From Okamejei kenojei (lineage: Eukaryota): DNA of 64,000 nucleotides. Where the stretch lies: positions 8,308,001 to 8,372,000 of the forward strand of contig CM069168.1 in assembly GCA_035221665.1 (NCBI GenBank), in the 5' to 3' direction. The position numbers and the translations under genes are program-made. Every line of letters starts with the position of its first letter. Position 1 is the first letter of the stretch. The notes below the pieces were generated by a model, which was given only the letters and a program-made list of their open reading frames with translations, was not told the DNA's origin and made no database searches. Positions 49,960 through 62,158 of this stretch are shown here, in pieces.

Positions 49960-52414
49960 AGATGCTCTAACAACATTTAAAACATTTGGACAGGTACATG
50001 GCTAGGAAAGGTGTAGGTCAAATGCTGGCAGGCGAAACTAGTGGAGATGGTGAACTTTGGTCACATGGGCAAGCTGGGCCGAATGGCCTGTTTCCGTACT
50101 ACATGAGTTTATGATGGATTCTGTTGACCAACATCTGCGTATTATGCATTGGGGTTTTATGAACTTAGGTTTAAAGTTTTTTGGCCAGCCAACAGTTTCC
50201 TGATACTTGGCGATAGATGGAAAAATGCAGCATGGAAACAGGCCTTTCCGCTGAGCAAGTTTGCACCCATTGACACTAATCCTACACATTGGAGGAGGCC
50301 TGAGCCTTTTGTCAAATCCTGTTGTGGACAAGACCTAGTTCCAGGTGATCAGGTTATGGGAACCTAAGGCTGTTTTAGCACCTCAAGCCTGTCCCACCAC
50401 ACACTGGGTTTGTAATCTATCTATCGCCACCTTGTCCTGAAAACTCTAATACTTATTTACTGGCCTTTATCTTGCACCAAGCATTAATCCCTTTATCGTG
50501 TACTGTACGCAGTGAATGGCTCGATTTTAATGGATAGTATCTCCACTCACTGGTTAGTACGCAACAAAAGCTTTTCACCGTTATAATTCGCCATGGTTCC
50601 AACTAAATTCAAAGACGTGAATCAAGAACCAGCAATGGATTTGGATAGAAAAGGTTTAGAGGGATATTGGCCACATGAGGACAGGTGGGACCAGCGTAGA
50701 TTGGGCATCTTGGTCAGCGTGGGCATACATGGACAAGTCGGACCAAAGGGCCTGTTTCCGTGCTGTTTGACTCTCTGACTGTGGCATCACCAAGTCCACT
50801 CAGCTTACTGCAGCAGTGCAACCTCAAGAAGGGTCTCGATCTGAAACGCCACCCATTCCTTCTCTCCAGAGACGCTGCCTGTCCCGCTGAGTTACTCCAG
50901 CGTTTTGTGCCTATCTGCAGTGCAGTCTTCACAGCTGGAGAGCTTGCACAAACACATTCCAACAAACATTTCACAATGCAGTAACAGCTCAGCAGGGCAC
51001 TGCTGTATTTGCAGCAGGCCTCTCAATGATGTGAGTGCTTTGAACCCTTGGCACGTTGTTTCGCTACTAAAGGAGTTAAGTGGATTTTACTCAATAACAC
51101 ACAGCGCTGTTTGTAGCGGCAACACCTTATGAGGATGTATTGTTTGTTAGTGACAAGCGGTGTTTACTGTCGAAAATAGGAAAAACATTGCAGGAAGTTG
51201 TTGAAGTGACTGCAGCTATTGTCTTGTTTTAGACACTAACCATGTGATAAAAGACTGTGACGCGGTGACATGGGAAGTGGTTGAGGTCTGTTTTTTTCTC
51301 TCTGCGTTTCTATTTCTGCCAAATTCATCAAGGCCTCACTTCCCTTTTCCATTAATAGTTTTAGAAACAAAACTAATGTCAGACATATGCGTAGTGGGTC
51401 AGTAGTCCTGACCTCAGCTTTGCTTCCTAATCCCTGACCGGCTGAGGTAATGTGTTAGGTGTGACATTTTCCTGATGTTAGCCATCTGGAGACATGGAGA
51501 AGCCATTATCAGGTTCCACCCGTAGCAGGAGATGCAGTCTCTCGGCAGCAGGCCAGCATCACAGGGACATGCAGATTAATCTCCAGGGCAACCTGGGAGA
51601 AAAACCATGGAGGCGTTAGTGAGTGAATCATGATTTATCCACACTTTGCATGTTCGTCACAAAGATGTGGGCATTGAGAAAAGGAAGGGTTGTTTGACTC
51701 AGAATGCAGTTTCATCTTCCTATCAAACAACAAGGAGAGAGCCCACTTTCCAATGGGCTGTGGAAAGGAGAGGCAGGGTGTGGCAGTGATATTTATGTAA
51801 CGTGACCAACACAGAGATTGTGTTTCAGGCAGTGGGAGAGAGGGAGGGCGAGAGTGAATTCTCCATGACTACTATCTGACCGGAGTTAGTCACCCGAGCA
51901 AGGATGCCTGAATGTTGATTACAACCAGAGCTGCAATATTTTGCCGACAGCCTTGCCAACGAGGGTGGCATGGTGGGGCAGTGGTAGAGTTGCTGCCTCA
52001 TAGCAACAGAGACAATCATGACTGCGGGTGCTGTTTATACGGAGTTTGCTACCTTCTCCCCGTGACCACGTGGGTTTTCTCCAGGTGCTCCAGTTTCCTC
52101 CCACACTCCAAAGACGTGCAGGTTTGTAGGTTAATTGACTTCGGTACAAAATGTAAATTGTTCCTAGTGTGTGTAGGATAGTGCTCGCGCATCCACTGCC
52201 TACATTCTAGGGGAGATTTTTTACACAGGCCAATTAACCCACAAACCAGCACGATCTTCAGACTGATTGTATGGGGAGGGGGGAAGTGGAAGCAAGATAA
52301 GACCAGTATCTTACTGTTTCTAACAGCCTTCCTGTGTCCACTGGGCACCACGTCTGCACAACTCACTGCAAATTCTTGCACTCTTGGATGGACCTGTGTC
52401 CCAAACCAACTGGT

Positions 52415-52949
52415 GAATCCTAATCTGAGGAAAGACATTCTTGCCATAGAGGGAGTACAGAGAAGGTTCACCAGACTGATTCCTGGGATGGCAGGACTTC
52501 CATATGAAGAAAGACTGGATAGACTCGGCTTGTACTCGCTGGAATTTAGAAGATTGAGGGGGGATCTCATAGAGACTTACAAAATTCTTAAGGGGTTGGA
52601 CAGGCTAGATGCAGGAAGATTGTTCCCGATGTTGGGGAAGTCCAGGACTAGGGGTCACAGTTTAAGGATAAGGGGGAAGTCTTTTAGGACCGAGATGAGA
52701 AAATCATTTTTCACACAGAGAGTGGTGAGTCTGTGGTATTCTCTGCCACAGAAGGTAGTTGAGGCCAGTTCATTGGCTATATTTAAGAGGGAGTTAGATG
52801 TGGCCCTTGTGGCTAAAGGGATCAGGGGGCATGGAGAGAAGGCAGGTACAGGATACTGAGTTGGATGATCAGCTATGATCATATTGAATGGCGGTGCAGG
52901 CTCGAAGGGCCGAATGGCCTACTCCTGCACCTATTTTCTATGTTTCTAT
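52415..52949 (+). mobile_element. Young CR1 LINE 3' end
   Basis: Nearly identical to 18300-18813; ends ttttctatgtttctatg. Confidence 0.9.
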
Positions 52950-54174
52950 GTGAAGCGTCCCAATCAAATGTTTTCTACGGCGCATCCGTCGAAGTTGGTG
53001 AGAGTTATCAAGGACCTGCCGAACTTCCTGAGCCTTTATTGTGTTGTCTGTCTTCTCATAAAGGGGACCACACAGAGTCGAAACGTCAGCCGAGGCACCG
53101 TTTATCACCTGCTCCCATCGTCCTTCAACAGATATGAACCTGTTGCAAGTTCATTGCCTGCAGGAGCATTGATGAGACAGGTTGCGAATATTCGCATTGA
53201 TGGCTAACGAGGACAAGGGGAATTGTAAACATTGCCAGATCTCACAGCCTGCTAATGTACCTTCTTGATAGCTCTGCACGCTAGTTATATTTATCATATT
53301 AAAGCCTTTTGAGGAGAGTTTAATTTTAAATTTAGAATCTGATCACCAGTTTTAAGACACCAATCTCCAGCTCGGAATTAATTTTCAAGCTCATCCCAAT
53401 TATTAAAATTGGAAATGTAAACTTGGGAGAGCAAAATAATACGGTTGAAATATCTGATCCTTAGTTTTATTAATCAGTTAGAGAGATTGTATAATAATAG
53501 ACCTTTACCTGAAGCCTTTATGAGTCAGTGCAAAGGTAATATGCTTTAGAGGGAGTAGTAAATATTTTAATTGCTGGAGTAACAATCACAATTTCTTAGA
53601 TTAACAGATACAGGGAATTCAGCCACCTCTTAGTAACATGAAAGACACAAAGTGCTGGAGTAACTCAATGGGTCAGGCAGCATCTCTGGAGAACGTAGAT
53701 AGGTGATGTGCGTAGGAAGGAACTGCAGGTGCCGGTTTAAACCGAAGATGGACACACAAAGCTGGCGTAACTCAGCGGGACAGGCAGCATTTCTGGAGAG
53801 AAGGAATGGGTGACATTTCGGGTTGAGACCCTTCTTCAGACTCAGTGGATAGGTGATGTTGCAGGTTGGGACCCTTCTTCAAACTGATTGTGAGAGCGGG
53901 GTAGGGGTGGGGAGCGTGGAGGTGGGAGAAAGCTAGAAGAGAGGAGGGGCAGGTCAAACTGGCAGGTGACAGGCGAAGGTAAGGAGAGGGGGGGAGAAGG
54001 CAGATGGTTAGAGAAAGGTCAGTGATTAAAATAAGGTTTTGTGTTCAAAGAATGGAGGAGTTACGAATTGTGATGCCAGAGGAAGCAACTATTGGTAATG
54101 TTGATTAACAATAATTCAGATCCCTTTCTATGTTTTTCACGGTGGCGCAGCAGTAGAGTTGCTGCCTGACCGAT

Positions 54175-54933
54175 CAGGGGCGCCGCACGACTGGCTGCCC
54201 CGCCAACAGTCTGTCTGCTTTTTTCGTCTTTTTAAAATGTTTTAATGTGTTAAATGTTTGTGTGAATGTTCTCCGGTTTGTGAGGGTAGGGGGAGGGGGT
54301 CAGGGGAATTTTTTTCCCCCAGTTTCTTACCTTGCCGGAGATGAGATTACTTTCTGGATTGTGTCTCTGGTCGCTCTGCGGCCTACCATCGATGGAGTTG
54401 GAGGCCTCCTCGGACTGACCTTTGGCCTCACCACGGGGCGTGGACTTAACACCGGAGTCGACCCCTTGCCTTGGAGCGCTCCAACCGCGGGCTGCGGACT
54501 TTACATCGCGAGCTCGCAGTCTCGGGAGAGGCTAGTCGTGAAGCTCCAACGTCTCAGAAGGTTTGACCAGCCCCAACGTGGGGTCCGATGGCCGCGCAGG
54601 GAACTTACATTTCCCCCCCCCCCCCCCCCCCAATGCAGGAGCTGATCGCCCCGACGCAGAGGGCCCAAACGTCGCCGTTTATGGGAGTCAAGATCGTCCT
54701 GTCAACGGAGGGCTCGAGGCCCCTGACCGCGGAAGAGCAAAGGGAAAAGATTGAACATTCTTTCGCCTTCCATCACAGTGGGGAATGTGGAGGAGTCACT
54801 GTGGTGGATGTTCATGTTAAAATGTGTTTTGTGTGTTCCGTTGGTTTTTATTTGCATGACTTTGGCAAATGAAATTCCTCGTATGTTGCAAAACAAACTT
54901 GGCTAATAAAGTATTATTGTGATTGCGATTGAT
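54175..54933 (+). mobile_element. GC-rich non-autonomous retroelement inserted between A and B boxes of a SINE
   Basis: SINE head 54138-54170 resumes at 54935; stem 54770-54780/54797-54807; aataaa plus (gatt)-type tail. Confidence 0.65.
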
Positions 54934-55884
54934 TGTGCCAGAGACCTGGGTTCAATCCTGACTATGGGTGTTGTCGGTATGGAGTTTGTACATTCTCCCT
55001 GTGACTGTGTGGGTTTTCTCCAGGCGTTCCGGTTTCCTCCCACACTCCAAAGACGTGCAGGTTTGTAAGTTAATCGGCTTCAGTAAAATTATAAATTGTC
55101 GCCAGTGTGTACGATAGTGCTAGTGCAGGGAGGGATCATTGGTCAGCACAGTCTCGGTGGGCCTCAGGGCCTGCTTCCTGGCTGTATCTCTAAAGTCTCA
55201 AATCTAAAGCCTTTAGGAAAATAAGTCTCTTTTTTTAAATGGTTTCATGATTGCCCTAAAGCAAAAAAAGTTCACAATGTCCTTCAAGGAAGTGAATATG
55301 TCTTCTTTACTCATATGACCTGAATGTGAGTGCTGGCTCACTGCAAAGTGATTGATTTTTACCTGTACTCTGCCAAGGTTCAACAAGGCAATCTCTCCAA
55401 GGTCGGAAGGAGATCAAGTGCCAATGGAAGACAATTAATTTGGTGAAAGGCGGCCTTTTGTCTGCTCACAACCTCTTTTTTTCCCTTTAACAAGGAGCTT
55501 TTATTGCAAATTTACATTTTACGAAGAACTGCATTAATTAAAACTGCTGTTCATGCAGTTTGTAAACATGGACCATCATATCACAACATTGCCAGCATAA
55601 TCCACGGTGCATTCCAGCCCCGGTGGCCATCAGTGTTCACGGAAGGCCTCTAAAGTGCCTGCGGTCAATGCCTGCTCCCTCTCTAGGGACATGTGGGCAC
55701 AGACGTAAGCCCAGAAGAGGGACAGACATTTGAATTGGGTAGAAACCTGGACTGCCCGCTATCTGGACCCGTGAATGGCTGTCTTAGCCCAGGCCCAGGA
55801 GCAAACTGACAGGGAGATCCCCCTCCCATCAAAGCACCCCCCTCCGTACTGGGTGACCACAGATCAGGGGCGTGGCGGTAAACA

Positions 55885-56270
55885 TGCAGCCAAAATTTCT
55901 TGGTCTTCCAGCAGAGCGAGATGGCCGTCGGGGAATGGTGCCGACTGGCCCGCTCCAGACTGCAGGGGTACGTGCTGGGGGACGCACTGAAGCTCAGTGT
56001 AGTCAACGCCAAGGCTCTGTGGGGGAGGACCACAGTCTAGGGTCCTTCTGCTGCTGGACATTGAGGGGCAGAGCCCGGTGGGGGCACCCCTCATAATAGG
56101 GGGCAAGGATCACCCCAGGGTGCAAGGATTTGTTTGTGTAGCAACAAGTCTGAACCTTATTGAGCCTGACACTATTGCTTGCATAGGCACGAGGAATGTA
56201 TGAAAAGTTTTGCATGGTTCTTGTTTCGTACATATTTTTATTATTAATAAAGTTTAATTTTGAAATTAAA
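55885..56270 (+). mobile_element. Tx1-clade LINE 3' fragment
   Basis: VFQQSEMAVGEWCRLARSRLQGYVLGDALKL..NAKALWGRTTV* (stop 56038-56040), then aataaa. Confidence 0.7.
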
Positions 56271-56819
56271 AAGAGGATGGAAACTAATCCTACCTGAAAC
56301 AATTTTGTTCTTTCCACTTTCTCTTAAACTCCTCCCCAGATTCTACCCCTCACTTATATGGCAGGAACTATTTACAGTGGACAGTTGACCTACCAACCCA
56401 CGTGTCTATGGGATGTGGGAGGAAACCGGAGCACCTGGAGGAAACCCACACGGTCACGGGGAGAACATGCAAACTCCACAGAGACAGCATCTGATGCTGT
56501 AAGGCAGCAACTCTACTATCTACCCCACGCAGCCCTGTCCAAAGGTATCAAACATCTCACTTGTTAATGTGGTGTTAAGTTTCTCTTACTAAATTGCTTA
56601 ATAATGATGCTTAATGGTCATCACCTATGGAATCAAGAACACTTGGGAACTGGTGATTCCCATGTCCCATATCCATGCCATAGGCCCAGCAGGAAGCTCC
56701 CGGGCAGCCTTCCACAATTTGGGAGCAATTGCCCAGAAGAAAGCTGGACCAGACAAAGATGTTTGATGCAATATAGACACACACAGAAGCTGACTCGAGG
56801 CACATCCACAAACAGCAAA

Positions 56820-57155
56820 GGTCAACAGACACAAACACAGACCGACAGACATAAGCACAGACATAAGCACATAAGCACAGACACTGGCGTACGTAAGCAC
56901 ACAGGCACACACACACAAACACACACATAGACAAGCATAGATACACAGAAAACAGATATAAACATAGGCACACATAGGCAGAGATATATACAGAGACAGA
57001 GACAGAGACAGAGAAATGTACACACATACACACGGACAAACAGATGTACAGATACATAAATATATACCCACGGAAACATACACAGACATAGACACACATA
57101 CACAGACATACATACAGATATAGACACACACATAACCACACACACAGACAACAAA
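56820..57155. repeat. Degenerate CA/GA-rich low-complexity tract
   Basis: Visible (ca)/(caga)/(cata) repeats running into the gap. Confidence 0.9.
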
Positions 57156-57762
57156 NNNNNNNNNNNNNNNNNNNNNNNNNNNNNNNNNNNNNNNNNNNNN
57201 NNNNNNNNNNNNNNNNNNNNNNNNNNNNNNNNNNNNNNNNNNNNNNNNNNNNNNNNNNNNNNNNNNNNNNNNNNNNNNNNNNNNNNNNNNNNNNNNNNNN
57301 NNNNNNNNNNNNNNNNNNNNNNNNNNNNNNNNNNNNNNNNNNNNNNNNNNNNNNNNNNNNNNNNNNNNNNNNNNNNNNNNNNNNNNNNNNNNNNNNNNNN
57401 NNNNNNNNNNNNNNNNNNNNNNNNNNNNNNNNNNNNNNNNNNNNNNNNNNNNNNNNNNNNNNNNNNNNNNNNNNNNNNNNNNNNNNNNNNNNNNNNNNNN
57501 NNNNNNNNNNNNNNNNNNNNNNNNNNNNNNNNNNNNNNNNNNNNNNNNNNNNNNNNNNNNNNNNNNNNNNNNNNNNNNNNNNNNNNNNNNNNNNNNNTAC
57601 NNNNNNNNNNNNNNNNNNNNNNNNNNNNNNNNNNNNNNNNNNNNNNNNNNNNNNNNNNNNNNNNNNNNNNNNNNNNNNNNNNNNNNNNNNNNNNNNNNNN
57701 NNNNNNNNNNNNNNNNNNNNNNNNNNNNNNNNNNNNNNNNNNNNNNNNNNNNNNNNNNNNNN
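57156..57762. other. Assembly gap / masked run (N)
   Basis: N run with one 3-bp island (tac, 57598-57600). Confidence 0.99.
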
Positions 57763-58852
57763 AACGGCCTCCAGATTCCTCACTGCTGGAACGTCTGGAA
57801 ACCGCTGTCAGGTTCTAGAACATTCTCTGCAGTGTAACAGGTGACTCTCCCCTGTAGTGTATTTGCAAATTTTATGATTAAGGTATATTTTAGAGAGGAA
57901 AGAAAAACAGAGCCTTAACGCCTGGCCAGACCGTCAGCATCCACATTGCATGAATTAACTTATTTTGGGGAGGACGAGGGTGGGGGGGGGGGGGGGGGGG
58001 GGGCGTGGGAACAAAACATGGAATCTTATGCTCAACACATGACAGTTCTGCGTGGAAGTGCCAGTATTTCCTAACTTCACGGGCAAATGTTGAGGCCTGT
58101 GGATGTTGCTGGCAATGCAGCCTTCTGCCAATTGCTCAATGCCCCAGCTCGCATGCACTGCACCTCATTTCCCAGCCCAGAAGCTGCCACAGCTCGTGTG
58201 ACGAACCGGCCCATTCATCGCAAGAGAAGAAGTGTGTGTGTGTGTGTGTGTGTGTGGTGTGCAGAGAATGGAACATACAAGTTAACTTCCTTTTTTTAAT
58301 TTTTTAAACTGTGTTTGTGTAATAGAATAAATGGTGTTATATAATTTTTAAAAAATAATGCTTAAAATCTATTGTAATATTCTTGCTGTTCTGATAGTGC
58401 CACAGGGAATGGTGCATGTGGTAGTGTAGTGGTTAAGTTACTGGACTGGCAACCAGAGTCCAGGTTCAGACCATGAGTTCAAATCCCACCACGGTGGCTG
58501 GAGAATTTAAATTCAAGCATTCATAAAGAAATTAGGAATTTTCGAGTCGCACGGTGGCGCAGCAGGAGAGTTGCTACCTTACAGCGCCAGAGACCCGGGT
58601 TTGATCCAGACTACGGATGCTGTTTGTACATTCTCCCTGTGACTACGTGGGTTTTCTTCGGGTGCCCTGGTTTCCTCCCACACTCCAAAGACGCTCAGAT
58701 TTGCAGGTTAATTGGCTTCGGTAAGTTGTAAAAAAAAATGGTAAAGATTGTACAAAATCTCCCTAGTGTATGTAGGTTTGTGCATAGAGTGGCACAGACA
58801 CGGTGGGCCGAAGGTCCTGTTTCCTGCATCATCTCTAAAGTTTAAAGTCTAA

Positions 58853-60251
58853 TGGGCCTGTCCCACTTAGGCTATTTTTAGGCGACTGCCGGCAACTGTC
58901 ATAGTAGAAAAAACGGCGACTGGACCCCCCTTCGATATAAAATTTAAAATTAAATTAGTACTTATAATCATTATAAGTTAAAAAAACCAAAGTCAGCAAA
59001 AAGATTCTGTACATTCACACTATCTGCAGTATGCCCCTCATGAGTTTATACACCTCTTTAAGATCACCCTTCAGTCTCCAACGTTCCAAGGAGTAAAGTT
59101 CTAGTTTGCCCGACCTCTCCTGATAACTCAGGCCCTTGAATCTTGGCAGCATCGTCATAAATTGTCTGCACACTCTTTCCAGTTTAATCACATTTTTGCT
59201 ACAGCAGGGTGACCAGAACTGAACGTAATACTCCAAATGTGGCCTGAGCAATATCTTGTTGGACTCTACTAGAGGGTTCCAGCCCAAAATGTCACTTTTC
59301 CATGTTCTTCAGAGTTGCTGGCAAACCTACTGAGTTACTCCGGCACTTTGTGTCTTTTTTTAACCCAATTTTTACAATCAATTCCCTGACTGAGGAAGGC
59401 CAGTATGCGAAGATCCTTCTTCAGACTCTTCAACCTTGCACGGTCTCTTATAGGAGCAGAATTAGGCCATTTGGCCCATTAAGTCTACTCCACCATTCAA
59501 TCATGGCTGATCTATATTTCCCTCTCAACCCCATTCTCCTACCTTCTTCCCATAATACCAGACACCCTTATTAATCTGTTTGTCTTGATTCATCTGTTTG
59601 TCTTGACTCATCCTTGGAACAGGCTGCTGGTTGCGGCCTTCCACGAGGGTCTTCTTCTTCTTCTTCTGTCGTGTGGCGTGCACGGCCTAAAGTTGTTGGA
59701 CAACTTGTTCTATTTGACCTTCCGTTTGTGCACGTCGAGTTGATTGCATTGGTCGAAACAGGACGGACCACGTGAAGGTTGCAATCTTCCACCCCAGCAA
59801 GGATCTGAATCCAATAGACTGGGGAGACTCTGGGCAATGGGGGGCATCACCGAGGTCCTCAACGATGAGTAAAGCTTAGCATCCAGGCCCATCGCCACCT
59901 CACCTGTTGTTGAGACTGAATGGTTATAATTGCCTTTGACACTGACGAGTATCCAAAAACATTAGAACATCAAACAGTACAGCACAGGAACAGGCCCTAC
60001 ATTAACCTGGCGACAACTACGACAGCACCTACGTCAGGAGAAGTCAAGCTATGCTCGTTGGTGTCAAACCCACTGTCGCCGACTGTCTCCGAAAATTTTT
60101 CAACATGTTGAAACATTTTTCAAAGCGGCAGCCAGAAAGACACTATGAATCTTTGGGCGACTGAGGAGACTACTCACAACCATACAGGCGACACCCCGGC
60201 AACCATGTGGCGACAACCTAGTTGCCTGTAGTCACCTGAAAAATGTCTAAA
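58853..60251. mobile_element. Harbinger-type MITE, interrupted by 1-kb insert, right TIR tip missing
   Basis: Left TIR tgggcctgtcccacttaggctatttttaggcgac; right subterminal gtcacctgaaaaatgtctaa; family palindrome ttcaacatgttgaa at ~60099-60112. Confidence 0.7.
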
Positions 60252-61385
60252 GGGTGATGGAGGCAGATACGATAGTGGCATTATAGAGACTTTTAGATAG
60301 GTACATGGATATGCAGGGAATGGAGGGATGTGCATGCAGATATGGTTAATTTAACTTGGCATCATGTTCAGCATAGGGATAGTAGGCTGAAGGGCCTGTT
60401 CCTGTGCTGTACTGTTTGATGTTCTAATGTTTTTGGATACTCGTCAGTGTCAAAGGCAATTATAACCATTCAGTCTCAACAACAGGTGAGGTGGCGATGG
60501 GCCTGGATGCTAAGCTTTACTCATCGTTGAGGACCTCGGAGATGCCCCCCATTGCCCAGAGTCTCCCCAGTCTATTGGATTCAGATCCTTGCTGGGGTGG
60601 AAGATTGCAACCTTCACGTGGTCCGTCCTGTTTCGACCAATGCAATCAACTCGACGTGCACAAACGGAAGGTCAAATAGAACAAGTTGTCCAACAACTTT
60701 AGGCCGTGCACGCCACACGACAGAAGAAGAAGACCCTTGTGGAAGGCCGCAACCAGCAGCCTGTTCCAAGGATGAGTCAAGACAAACAGATGAATCAAGA
60801 CAAACAGATTAATAAGGGTGTCTGGTATTATGGGAAGAAGGTAGGAGAATGGGGTTGAGAGGGAAATATAGATCAGCCATGATTGAATGGTGGAGTAGAC
60901 TTAATGGGCCAAATGGCCTAATTCTGCTCCTATAAGAGACCGTGCAAGGTTGAAGAGTCTGAAGAAGGATCTTCGCATACTGGCCTTCCTCAGTCAGGGA
61001 ATTGATTGTAGAAATTGGGTTAAAAAAAGACACAAAGTGCCGGAGTAACTCAATAGGTTTGCCAGCAACTCTGGAGAACATGGAAAAGTGACATTTTGGG
61101 CTGGAACCCTCTAGTAGAGTCCAACAAGATATTGCTCAGGCCACATTTGGAGTATTACGTTCAGTTCTGGTCACCCTGCTGTAGCAAAAATGTGATTAAG
61201 CTGGAAAGAGTGTGCAGACAATTTATGACGATGCTGCCAAGATTCAAGGGCCTGAGTTATCGGGAGAGGCCGGGCAAACTAGAACTTTATTCCTTGGAAT
61301 GTTGGAGACTGAAGGGTGATCTTAAAGAGGTGTATAAACTCATGAGGGGCATACTGCAGATAGTGTGAATGTACAGAATCTTTTT
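58998..61385. repeat. ~1-kb inverted duplication (arms 58998-59998 and 60391-61385, 392-bp spacer)
   Basis: Mirror ORFs on opposite strands (59015..59287/61096..61368, 59302..59574/60809..61081, 59710..59898/60491..60679) differ at only a few residues. Confidence 0.95.
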
Positions 61386-61842
61386 CCCAGGGTAGAGGAA
61401 TCAGAGGGGAACGATTTAATGGGAAACAGAGGGGCAACTTTTTTTACGCAGAGGATGTTGGGAATACGGAAGGAGCCGTCAAAAGAAGAGCTGTAAAATA
61501 AAATCATTTAAAAGATATTTCAACAGGTACATGGACCAGAAAGGTTTATAGGTTTCCACGAGTAGTTGCTCCACTCAACAGCCAAAAATCTGTAGCCTCT
61601 CTTTGATCTGGTATTCTGTTGGTTCACATGCTTGATCAATGGTGTTTTATCATTAATGTTTTATTATTATTAATGTTTAGTGTTTTCTGAGTCATTCGTA
61701 ACAGTCACTGTATGCCATGTTGTTACTTGTGGGGTGGAGCACCAAGGCAAATTCCTTGTATGTGAATATTTGGCCAATAAACGTACTTACTTACTTACTT
61801 ATAGGGATTTGGCCAAACACAGGCAACTGGTACTAGATTAGG

Positions 61843-62158
61843 GTGCCATGGTAGCGCAGCGGTAGTGTTGCTGCCTTACAGCGCCACAGACCCGGGTTCG
61901 ATACTGACTACGGGTGCTGCCTGTATGGAGTTTGCACTTTCTCCCCATGACCTGCGTGGGTTTTCTCCAAGAGCTCCGGTTTCCTCCCACACTCCAAAGA
62001 CGTGCAGGTTTGTAGGTTAACTGGCCTCGGTAAAATTGTTAAATGGTCCCAAGTGCGTGTAGGTTAGTGTTGGTGTGCGGGAATCGCTGGTCGGAGCGGA
62101 CTCTGTGGGCCAAAGGGCCTGTTTCTGCACTGTATCTCTTAAATTAAACTAAAACTAA
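61843..62158 (+). mobile_element. tRNA-derived SINE, full-length representative
   Basis: ggtagcgcagcggtag...gggttcgatact...tail tatctct..aaactaaaacta. Similar copies near 21150, 23432, 25470, 27880, 31405, 33806, 35692, 43685, 45800, 51965, 54138, 56365, 58548 and 62892. Confidence 0.85.

Noticed and set aside
56611-57783. 390-aa ORF and neighbouring Cys/Val-rich ORFs
   Set aside because: Artefact of the N gap and CA-rich low-complexity sequence.
58410-58500. tRNA gene
   Set aside because: A/B-box-like motifs are present but no full cloverleaf; it is the head of an old SINE, as are the other tRNA-like heads.
60770-60810. Hammerhead core in gatgagtcaagacaaac
   Set aside because: Lacks the CU of CUGA, the G of GAAA and stems I/III.
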